Below are positions 1 through 7,371 of a stretch of DNA of 11,101 nucleotides, in pieces. Both the position numbers and the translations under genes were made by a program. A model generated the notes under the pieces. It saw only the letters and a program-made list of their open reading frames with translations. It was not told the origin of the DNA and searched no databases. The DNA is from Deltaproteobacteria bacterium. Lineage in GTDB: Bacteria; Myxococcota_A; UBA9160; SMWR01. Location of the stretch: positions 1 through 11,101 of the forward strand of contig JAQBGU010000031.1 of assembly GCA_032128375.1 (NCBI GenBank), given 5' to 3'. Numbering within the stretch: position 1 is the stretch's first letter; each line of letters starts with the position of its first letter.

Positions 1-5
1 ACATT

Positions 6-260
6 CTCCTAAACGGGATCACGCAATGCGTGTCACCAATGAGGTTCTCGTCACATCCCCGGGCCAAGCTCCTGATCGGGGACGAGCCACCAATGGCTGC
101 GTCGGCCTCGGCCCTCGGGTGCCACCCCACTCTAAGACCGACGTCACCGCCTGCGCGTTTTCTTCCTCAGGTTTCGCGGCATCCGGCGCGTGGGAAGCTC
201 CTGAGGAATCGCGCCCCGGCGCGGTTCCTCAGGAGCCATGTCTCCGCCCGAAGGGCGGTG
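6..260 (-). other. Putative structured 5' leader of a minus-strand gene starting at or beyond the left window edge
   Basis: No convincing ORF. Several stems (197-236, 244-258, 100-109/134-143, 85-98, 47-61/77-86, 20-32) and an AGGAG Shine-Dalgarno-like motif on the minus strand at 10..6. Confidence 0.4.
197..236. repeat. Near-perfect inverted repeat (18-bp stem, 4-nt loop)
   Basis: GCTCCTGAGGAA-TCGCGC-cccg-GCGCGG-TTCCTCAGGAGC, with one T:G pair. No U-tract follows on either strand. Confidence 0.85.
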
Positions 261-342
261 CAACGCTTAACAACGATACCCTTTGGCCACAGAACAAGTA
301 CACGAAAATCGAAGCGCAGCGGTTCGAAACGCCAAGCATTGG

Positions 343-362
343 AGCGGCAAAAAGCGGCAAAG
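343..362 (-). repeat. Two tandem 10-bp copies of YTTTGCCGCT
   Basis: Minus strand reads CTTTGCCGCT TTTTGCCGCT, the same core as the array at 1575-1650. Confidence 0.6.
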
Positions 363-368
363 CTTCGA

Positions 369-1481
369 CTACGCGCCGACCTCTTCAAGTCGCAGCTGCG
401 CGGCGCCACGGACGAGTTCGATGGCTTCCAGGGTAAGGCCCGGACCGAACCCCAGCAGGATACCGCGAGCACCCGGTTCGATCGCAGCCAGCTGGCGCCC
501 CAACACGAAGAGAATCGCTGGACTGGCTACGTTCCCAAACTCCCGAAGGACGGCCCGACTTGGCTCGAGGGCTTCGTCAGAAATTTGCAGCGCGCATTGC
601 ACACGATCGAGAAGGTTGGAACCTCCGGGATGAACGCCCCAAAAGTCGATCTTGGACGGATCGGATTCAGCTGACTGCAAGAGAGGTTGCGCGAACTTTT
701 CGACCCGAGCCCCCAACCAATCCGGGAGCTTTCTCGACAGGTGAATCTCGAATCCCCGATCTCCAATCTCCCACCGAATTTCATCTTTCGAGTCCGCAAC
801 GATCTCGTGCAGTACTCGCTGCATTGTGACAAGCACCCGTTCCGGCGTTCGAACCGACTCAACCACGGCTGCAGCCGCACCGTCTCCGAACAACGCCTGA
901 CCGATGATGTTCTCGGGGTCGGGATCGAGTCTCAGGTGGAGGGAGCTGAGTTCGACGCATACCAGTAGGGTGCATCCGCGAGGGTTCGCGGTCGTAGCGA
1001 GTCGCGCTAGTCGAAGGCCGTTGAAGGCCGCGCTACATCCCATGAATTGGATCAGCGTTCGCTCGACACCAGGCGAAAGGCCCAAGAGACCGATGAGATC
1101 GACATCCGGCCCCGGCAGATACGCCCCTGTGCTGGTGACAACGATGAGGTGAGTCACCTCTTCAGCCGAGCGTCCGGCCTCTCGAAGCGCCGACCTCGCA
1201 GCTTGGGCTGCCAAGGGAGGCGCAAGCTCCCGAAACAGGCGCATCCGTTCGGCGGTCGGCACGTCCCATAGCCGCCGCACGTCACTTTCGAGCTGATCTG
1301 ATCTCAGAGGAGAAGCGAGGGACCTCCTGGCGACTCGCGACTTGCTGAAGATCTTGTGAACCCACCTGGACTTGTTCCCGCTACCAGCGAATGCGTTGGC
1401 GAACGCATCTGCGGCCAATTCTTGGCTGACAACATTCGAAGGTGTGGCATACCCCAGTCCTGTGATCGCAGCATCGTCCAC
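369..1481 (-). CDS. Type III polyketide synthase (chalcone/stilbene synthase-like)
   Basis: 370 aa, GTG start. Cys-His-Asn triad motifs FMGCSAA, VHPGG and FGNVAS, plus CVELSSLH, ALFGDGAAA and C-terminal GFGPGLTLE. Confidence 0.95.
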   Translation of the reverse strand: MDDAAITGLGYATPSNVVSQELAADAFANAFAGSGNKSRWVHKIFSKSRVARRSLASPLRSDQLESDVRRLWDVPTAERMRLFRELAPPLAAQAARSALREAGRSAEEVTHLIVVTSTGAYLPGPDVDLIGLLGLSPGVERTLIQFMGCSAAFNGLRLARLATTANPRGCTLLVCVELSSLHLRLDPDPENIIGQALFGDGAAAAVVESVRTPERVLVTMQRVLHEIVADSKDEIRWEIGDRGFEIHLSRKLPDWLGARVEKFAQPLLQSAESDPSKIDFWGVHPGGSNLLDRVQCALQISDEALEPSRAVLREFGNVASPAILFVLGRQLAAIEPGARGILLGFGPGLTLEAIELVRGAAQLRLEEVGA

Positions 1482-1489
1482 TAGAGATC

Positions 1490-1498
1490 AGCCTAGCA
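1490..1498 (-). promoter_or_regulatory. Candidate extended -10 element (TGcTAGGCT) for the PKS gene
   Basis: TGn-TAnnnT lies 8 nt upstream of the GTG start and no Shine-Dalgarno is visible. Confidence 0.35.
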
Positions 1499-1574
1499 TG
1501 GGTCCCGAACTCGTTCGACCGTGCTCGAAACGCCGCTGCACCGCCAAATCTGCGCCTTCCGGCCTCGTGCTGGT

Positions 1575-1650
1575 GTTGCCGCCCTTTGCCGCATTGTGCC
1601 GCCTTTGCCGTGAACTGCCGCTCTTTCCCTGTTTCTGCCGCTCTTTTCCG
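1575..1650 (+). repeat. Phased ~10-bp direct-repeat array, core TGCCG (probable protein-binding array)
   Basis: TGCCG starts at 1577, 1587, 1597, 1606, 1616 and 1636. Degenerate in-phase copies lie at 1626 (TCCCT) and 1646 (TTCCG). Confidence 0.8.
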
Positions 1651-1680
1651 TTGCTACTCAATGTAGTGTGCAGATAGCGT
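1651..1680 (+). promoter_or_regulatory. Candidate sigma70-type promoter TTGCTA-N18-TAGCGT
   Basis: The -35-like hexamer abuts the last array repeat. The -10-like hexamer ends 6 nt before ATG 1687. Confidence 0.35.
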
Positions 1681-1686
1681 AACGGC

Positions 1687-2550
1687 ATGCGAGCGACACT
1701 CTATCGGTTCAAAGGGAATGTTGTTGCGCGCTCCGCCCCGCATCGGCTCCTGGCGTGCCTTGCAATCACCCCGATGTTGCTGGTCTCGGCGACTACCCAC
1801 GCCAGGCTCCTCGAATTCGAGGGAACCCTCTCCTTCGTGACGATTGCGCCGGGCATCCAGCCTACGACAATCACAAGAACCGGCGTTGCCATCGTCAATG
1901 AAGGCGGTGTCGATCTCGCGCTCAACACACTGAGACTCGCTCCAGGCGCCATCGCCGGCACAGCAACCGTCCCCGTCACCGACCCCGAAGTAACCGCCAC
2001 GATCGCATCCCTCCAACTGCAGGCGACCATGGGCGCAGGCGTATTCCATCCATTTTCTGCTGCGGTGCCATCACAGCCCCTCCTCACGCAAAACATCCTG
2101 CCGCTCATCGGCAGCGTGCGTGTCTGTCAAGTCCTTGCTGGATGCGGCTCGGCTCAGCAGCTCTTTCCGCTCCAACAAGGTGCTGCCGGAGTAGGCGTCG
2201 GTGGAGTGTGGAGCGGAGGGCCCCAATCAAACAGGGTCTCCGTCCAGGGCGCACCTTGGACGGTGGGTACCGCACTTCTTTCGGTTCGGACTGAGGGCGG
2301 TGGCGCAACGTCGATCTCGAAACCTGGATTCGTGCACGGAGCACACTCTTTTTCGGGGTCAACCGCGCTACCCGGTGGGGCAGTCCAGTTCGTCACACCC
2401 GTCCTCGTCCACTCGGGTGCCGATCTTCACCCAATGACGATGTTCGCTTCTGCCACGCTCCGATTCGTCCCGGAGCCGAGTGCGTTGCTTCTGCTCAGCG
2501 CCGGTGCCATCGGTCTCGTGTCGCTTGGCCATCGTCGAGTCAAAAAATAG
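1687..2550 (+). CDS. PEP-CTERM sorting-domain surface protein
   Basis: N-terminal signal peptide (RLLACLAITPMLLVSATTHA) and a Gly/Thr/Val-rich body. C-terminal VPEP + transmembrane helix (SALLLLSAGAIGLVSLG) + basic tail HRRVKK. Start codon uncertain. Confidence 0.92.
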   Translation: MRATLYRFKGNVVARSAPHRLLACLAITPMLLVSATTHARLLEFEGTLSFVTIAPGIQPTTITRTGVAIVNEGGVDLALNTLRLAPGAIAGTATVPVTDPEVTATIASLQLQATMGAGVFHPFSAAVPSQPLLTQNILPLIGSVRVCQVLAGCGSAQQLFPLQQGAAGVGVGGVWSGGPQSNRVSVQGAPWTVGTALLSVRTEGGGATSISKPGFVHGAHSFSGSTALPGGAVQFVTPVLVHSGADLHPMTMFASATLRFVPEPSALLLLSAGAIGLVSLGHRRVKK

Positions 2551-2568
2551 ATGCCGAGGAGAATCAGT

Positions 2569-5500
2569 ATGGGCTCATTCACTCATTCCATTGCAGGGCG
2601 TAGCCTTGCGGTGCTTTGTGCCTGTCTCATGTTCACGTTCGGGTGCCGTCCTAGCGGATTGCTCGAACCGACGAGCGGTGTGCCCGAGTTCGAGCGGATC
2701 AACCTTGTCGAAGTGCCGGGCGGCCACGTAAACGTGGCCGGTGGAAATCTGCTGATCGAGCGGGTTGATATGACAATCGACACGATTCTCGGCATTCAGC
2801 GACTTGCCGCGAGCTACAACAGCGATTCAGGCGACTGGTTGTGGAATTTCGATATCCAGTACGACGGAACACAGTTCACGGATTCGTCGGGTGCCGTGTA
2901 TGCGACTGATGGAATCCCAGACGGAGCAGCGATCCCCGGTTCTAGCTGGGTGAGGGTCGATGCGGACACGATCGCCACCAAAGGCGGACTCGCGTATCAC
3001 TTTGACGCCAGCGGTCAGCTTGATCACGTTCGCTGGTCCGGGTTCGACTTCCCACGGATCCAATATGTGCGCGCCGGCGAAACTTTGTCCATCGAACAAT
3101 GTCCGGCGATTGGAGTCTGCTCTGCGATCTTCGAGGTAGCGCTGGACGCCAACTCCAACCCGACCTCGGCCGAAGACATGCTGAGCGGTCGGCGAAGCGA
3201 GTATCTGTATGATGGCGATCAACTCGTCGAGGTCCGTGACCCCCTCGCGATCGATCAGGGGTCGCCGGGCACGCGCTATGAGTACAGCAGCTTGTTTCCC
3301 ACTCTGATTTCGGCCGTCGTGAATTCCGAAGAGGAACGGATCGAGTACGCCTACCAAGCCGGCCGACGCATCGTTGATGTAATCCAGGTGGGCGAGGGCA
3401 ACCCGACTCATCACTTCGAGTTCAATTCGCCAAAGAGCTACACCGACGACCTGTACGCGGCGATCCACACCAATCCATTGGGCGGAAAGACGCGCTATCA
3501 CGTGGATGGATCTCGACGGCTTCACGCTCGCCTGCGCGGCAACGATGAACGAGTCTCGACTCAATGGGTTGGCTTGCGACCGGTCGCGATTGTCGCGGCC
3601 AATGGAGCAACGACCCAGTATGCGTATATTGGAGACGATGTGTCGGTCCGCACCGATCCATCAGGAAATCGGGTCTCGTACTCCTATCAGCCCGATGCCA
3701 TCAATCTAGAAGATCCTCATCAGCGCCCGATCGCACGGATCGAGGACAGCCTGGGGCTCGTGGAAGAGCGCACGTACGACTCTGAAGGTCGCGTGATCTT
3801 GGCGGCGAACGGCGAACTCGAAGCCGCCGGCTTCTCGTACAACGTTGTCAGCGTCGCAACGGCCACGCCTCCCAATGGCGTCACCCGCAGCTTCCCGATC
3901 TACGGATCGCACGGACACTGGCTGGACATGGACGGTGGCGCCACGCCCGAGAGGCGTTTTTTCGATGCAATCGGCAACGGGCTCGTTCCTCGTTCGTATG
4001 CCCAGGGGCCCGGCGTTCTGTCGCGCGGATACGACTCCAACAGAAATCTCAATTCGCTGAAGGTCGCCGCCACCGCCGGAAACCAGGTGATCTCGGACGA
4101 CTACATCACCATCGAGAGTCGTAGTGACGGCCGGCAATCGCACTTGGCTCGCCCTGGCGGCGGAGACTATGAGCTCGCCTACGACACGATCGGTCGACCT
4201 TTCGAGGCGCGAGAGCGTGTGGATGGCGGGTGGCAAGTGACGAGTTTCGAATATGACCTCGCTGGGAACGTCACGGCGCGAGAGCGTCCGAACGGGATGC
4301 GCGAGGAGTTCGAATACGACCTCTACAGTCGGCGCACGCTCCGACGTACTCTGCTGGATGGCGTGGTCGAGGGCGAGGCGCAGTTCACCTACGCGGCCGG
4401 CGATCTGTTCACCGTGTACGACTCGATTCGCGGCGGGACCGAAGTTCGCACATACGACGCGGCAGGCCGAATCGCGACCTATCAGCTCGCCAACGGAGAG
4501 TCGATCTCATTCCAGCACGACGTTCGCTCGAGGGTCACACAAGAGACGTATGCATTGGCGGGACAGGGCGTGATCAAGACGCTGTCCTATGGCTACGATC
4601 TCGCGAATCGTCGTGTCTCGGAGAACGCGGACGGAGTGCCACTCATCACGCGCACCATCACCGATGGCCAGTTGACATCGATCGCGTATGGAAACGGGCT
4701 GATACGAGATTTCAGCTACGACCCGACCACCGGTCTACTCTCGGGTACAACCACGCGAAACGCTTCGGCTGAAGTCGTCGAGTCCACTGTCATCGATCGA
4801 ACCGTCGAAGTGAATCCTGTTCGCGACCAGACGCGGACCACGACGACCACCGGACTCGGAACAACCGAAGAAAGCTACTGGTTGGCGGTCGGCGGAGCGA
4901 TCTCGAACCCCAACAAGGTCGTCGGCAAGAGGGTGTTCGGTTGGGAGAAACCGGGCAGCACACCGACTCTGTACGACTACGACGAATTGAGCAATCTGGT
5001 TGCGACGTCGGACGGAGACGTGTTCACCTACAATGCCGAGGGCAACCGACTAACATCAGCGTCGCTCGCCGGCAGCACCGCGATCGGCTACGAGTACGAC
5101 GAAGCTGGGTTCGTCATCGAGCGAGCAGGCATTCCCATGGAGTGGACGGCGTCCGGTCGAATGGCCGCCCATGGCGATTTCACGATCGAGTGGGACATGC
5201 TGGACCGTCTCGTCTCATTCACTGTCGGCGGCGTGACGCGAGACTTCAGCTACTTCGCGGGATTGCTCGAGTTCGACGCGGCTAGCGGGCAGTTCGGCGC
5301 GCTGGACATCGGGGAGGTATCAGTTGCAATGGACAGCGCGGACCACCGGTATCGGCACCGTGACTTTCGGCGCAATGTGAGTTTTGTATCCGATGCAGCT
5401 GGCAACGTCGTCGACCACTACCAGTATGGCCCCTATGGGGTCGACATCTCGCTGGGTACCGGCAGAAATTCGATGACGTTCGCGGGACGGACCCAAGTCG

Positions 5501-5853
5501 CCGGTTTGATGATCCTGGGCGCCCGCATGTACGACCCCGCCATCGGCCGCTTTCTGTCGCCCGATCCGATATCGAGCCTCGTCAACCAATACGCGTACAC
5601 GATGGGGAATCCGATCTGGTATTGGGATCCGAACGGGACAGAGATGGAAGGGATGTCGCCGGGTCAAGGGGCAGCCGCGGCGACGGTCAGTATGGGATTG
5701 GCTACGGCTGGAATGGTCATGGCTGGTTCCGCCGCGGCCTCCGCTGGGGGGGCTGGCGCGGCCGCGGTCGTGGTCGCGACGGTTAGTTTCGCTTTCGGGG
5801 GGATCTTTTTCGCATTTGCGATCGCACTTTGGTTGAGTTCGCTGCGATTCTAG
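2569..5853 (+). CDS. Rhs/YD-repeat protein with probable lipoprotein signal, DUF6531-like N-terminal domain and RHS repeat-associated core
   Basis: AGGAG (2557-2561) lies 7 nt before ATG 2569, favouring it over 2551. The signal ends FTFG-C26. VNVAGGNLLIERVD...YNS segment, many YD repeats (YDSEGR, YDTIGR, YDLAGN, YDAAGR) and core GARMYDPAIGRFLSPDP...YAYTMGNPIWYWDPNG. Confidence 0.93.
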   Translation: MGSFTHSIAGRSLAVLCACLMFTFGCRPSGLLEPTSGVPEFERINLVEVPGGHVNVAGGNLLIERVDMTIDTILGIQRLAASYNSDSGDWLWNFDIQYDGTQFTDSSGAVYATDGIPDGAAIPGSSWVRVDADTIATKGGLAYHFDASGQLDHVRWSGFDFPRIQYVRAGETLSIEQCPAIGVCSAIFEVALDANSNPTSAEDMLSGRRSEYLYDGDQLVEVRDPLAIDQGSPGTRYEYSSLFPTLISAVVNSEEERIEYAYQAGRRIVDVIQVGEGNPTHHFEFNSPKSYTDDLYAAIHTNPLGGKTRYHVDGSRRLHARLRGNDERVSTQWVGLRPVAIVAANGATTQYAYIGDDVSVRTDPSGNRVSYSYQPDAINLEDPHQRPIARIEDSLGLVEERTYDSEGRVILAANGELEAAGFSYNVVSVATATPPNGVTRSFPIYGSHGHWLDMDGGATPERRFFDAIGNGLVPRSYAQGPGVLSRGYDSNRNLNSLKVAATAGNQVISDDYITIESRSDGRQSHLARPGGGDYELAYDTIGRPFEARERVDGGWQVTSFEYDLAGNVTARERPNGMREEFEYDLYSRRTLRRTLLDGVVEGEAQFTYAAGDLFTVYDSIRGGTEVRTYDAAGRIATYQLANGESISFQHDVRSRVTQETYALAGQGVIKTLSYGYDLANRRVSENADGVPLITRTITDGQLTSIAYGNGLIRDFSYDPTTGLLSGTTTRNASAEVVESTVIDRTVEVNPVRDQTRTTTTTGLGTTEESYWLAVGGAISNPNKVVGKRVFGWEKPGSTPTLYDYDELSNLVATSDGDVFTYNAEGNRLTSASLAGSTAIGYEYDEAGFVIERAGIPMEWTASGRMAAHGDFTIEWDMLDRLVSFTVGGVTRDFSYFAGLLEFDAASGQFGALDIGEVSVAMDSADHRYRHRDFRRNVSFVSDAAGNVVDHYQYGPYGVDISLGTGRNSMTFAGRTQVAGLMILGARMYDPAIGRFLSPDPISSLVNQYAYTMGNPIWYWDPNGTEMEGMSPGQGAAAATVSMGLATAGMVMAGSAAASAGGAGAAAVVVATVSFAFGGIFFAFAIALWLSSLRF

Positions 5854-5954
5854 GATCAGCCAGCGTTCAGGAATCGTCACGGCCGTTCAGTGTTCTCCTC
5901 AGGGAAAGCGCTAAAGTGGTGGCGAACCGATCAGTGCGAGGAAGGGAGGATGAA

Positions 5955-6398
5955 ATGACGAAACAGGTGTTTCTCGCAGACAACTCCCGCACGAAGGTGG
6001 CTGTCGTCCTTGGCATCGGGATGCCGATCTGTGCGGTCTTCAACTGGTTGATGTATAAGCAACACGATGGGTTGTTCTCTATCCTCGCGCTCATCGTCGC
6101 GGCGTTCATGCTCGTCTCCGGAATCTACTGGATCGCCGTATTTCTTCGTCGCGGCGTTCCAGTCATCGAAGTTTCCAATGAACGGATCGAGTGCGGTTCG
6201 ATTTATCCATTCACCAAACGACAGTTCGTTGAAACCAGCGATGTGGTGGCCGTTCACGAGACCAAACCGTGGATCATCTTGACCACACGATCGGGTGGGC
6301 TCACCAAGATCAGCACGTATCTGCTGTCGCCCGCGCGCGCACTCGAGGTGCAAGACGCCATCAAACAGCGGATCGGCACGACTGACGCCGTCGACTAG
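5955..6398 (+). CDS. Small membrane protein (2 predicted TM + soluble beta-rich domain), candidate immunity protein 1
   Basis: GGAGG 5 nt before ATG 5955, 147 aa. Aligns end to end with the next gene, which fixes both starts. The immunity role is inferred from position only. Confidence 0.8.
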   Translation: MTKQVFLADNSRTKVAVVLGIGMPICAVFNWLMYKQHDGLFSILALIVAAFMLVSGIYWIAVFLRRGVPVIEVSNERIECGSIYPFTKRQFVETSDVVAVHETKPWIILTTRSGGLTKISTYLLSPARALEVQDAIKQRIGTTDAVD

Positions 6399-6512
6399 CG
6401 AACCAGTACCAACCTCCGAGTGGGTGGCCTGGGAATATCGGTCTCCCTGAGCTCGGGGTTGAGCTGCGGAAACGTGCGCTCGGTGCAGCGATTCATGGAC
6501 GGAGGAGACGGA

Positions 6513-6938
6513 ATGAGGGGCCAGGTCTTTATTGCGGATGGCTGGCGTGTGAAAGCGGCTGCAATACTCGGCTTCGGGCTCCCGTTGGCTGCGGGCTTGA
6601 GCTGCTTCCTGTACGAATCGAGCGAGGGGCTGTATTCCGCGTTCTGGCTCATCGCTGCGGCATTCATGTTGGCTGGCGGTGTCTACTGGAGCAGTTCGTT
6701 TGTCCGCCGGAGCATTCCGGTCGTAGAGATTTCCGATTCGAAGATCGACCATCGCTCGATCTCCCTATTCTCGAAACAACGAAGTGTCCCGACCCGTGAC
6801 GTAACCGGAATTCTAAAGATGCGATCGTGTCTCGTTCTGTCCACACGATCTGGAGAAACCAAGATCGACACGAGCCAGCTTTCCCCGGCTCGTATCGTTG
6901 AGGTTCAATCTGCGATTGAACAACGGATCGGCCGCTAG
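6513..6938 (+). CDS. Paralogue of the preceding gene, candidate immunity protein 2
   Basis: GGAGGAG before ATG 6513, 141 aa. About 67/141 identities by hand alignment (QVF.AD, AAFML..G.YW, TRSG, LSPAR..EVQ.AI.QRIG). Confidence 0.8.
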   Translation: MRGQVFIADGWRVKAAAILGFGLPLAAGLSCFLYESSEGLYSAFWLIAAAFMLAGGVYWSSSFVRRSIPVVEISDSKIDHRSISLFSKQRSVPTRDVTGILKMRSCLVLSTRSGETKIDTSQLSPARIVEVQSAIEQRIGR

Positions 6939-7367
6939 TGATGTGATTCACGCTGTTGGGGCATTATCCAGCGCCCGCCTGGCTCGCCCCACCTTTTCGA
7001 TGATCTCTTCGGCAGTGTTGGACCAGACGAATGGACTCGGATCATCGTTGTGGCCGTCGACGTCATTCATTACGGCGTCAATGAGTTGGGGAACACTCTG
7101 AAACACGCCACGACGCAGCCGCTTCGCGTCCAGGTCGCGAAAGAAGCGCTCGATGACGTTGAGCCACGAACTGCTGGTCGGAATGAAGTGAACATGAAAG
7201 CGTCGGTTCCGCTTCAGCCATGCCTTCACCTTCGGGTGCTTGTGCGTTGCGTAGTTGTCGACGATCAAGTGGATATCCAAATCTGACGGAGTCTCCCGGT
7301 CGATCTGTTTCAGAAACTTGATCCACTCTTGATGCGTGTGGCGAGGCATGCACGACGCGATGACTGG
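6938..7367 (-). mobile_element. IS630-family insertion sequence remnant (right end only)
   Basis: The transposase C-terminus stops about 10 bp from a CTAG|TGATGTGATTCA terminus, consistent with IS630 TA/CTAG targeting. No left end is seen. Confidence 0.8.
6948..7367 (-). pseudogene. 5'-truncated IS630 transposase (C-terminal ~140 aa of the DDE domain)
   Basis: [47 protein letters not shown] and PFVW motifs are present. The HTH and first catalytic Asp are missing, and similarity stops at the ligase stop codon. Confidence 0.9.
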
Positions 7368-7371
7368 GAAT

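Noticed and set aside
78..128. T-box antiterminator (minus strand GGGG-TGGCACC-CGAG ... CTCG-T-CCCC)
   Set aside because: The UGGNACC bulge matches, but the following G of the GCG/CGU helix is missing. I see no Stem I AG-box/specifier elements or U-tailed terminator. Kept only as part of the generic leader finding.
160..236. Hammerhead ribozyme (CUGAGGA and GAAA present)
   Set aside because: No stem II closes between CUGANGA and GAAA, and the CUGAGGA copies belong to the inverted repeat.
197..236. Intrinsic terminator for the PKS
   Set aside because: No U-tract on either strand, and it lies about 130 nt from the stop.
26..674. Plus-strand ORFs 26..436, 30..674 and 283..633
   Set aside because: No recognisable motifs, low-complexity Arg/Ala/Pro composition, and they overlap the PKS antisense.
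1575..1650. CRISPR array
   Set aside because: The 5-7-bp cores with 10-bp period are far too short for CRISPR repeats and spacers, and no cas genes are present.
1640..1770. Sigma54 promoter, often associated with PEP-CTERM genes
   Set aside because: No TGGCAC-like GG-N10-GC element with correct spacing found upstream of the plausible starts.
5829..5954. Longer starts for the paralogues (5829 and 6420)
   Set aside because: SD motifs and the mutual alignment support 5955 and 6513.
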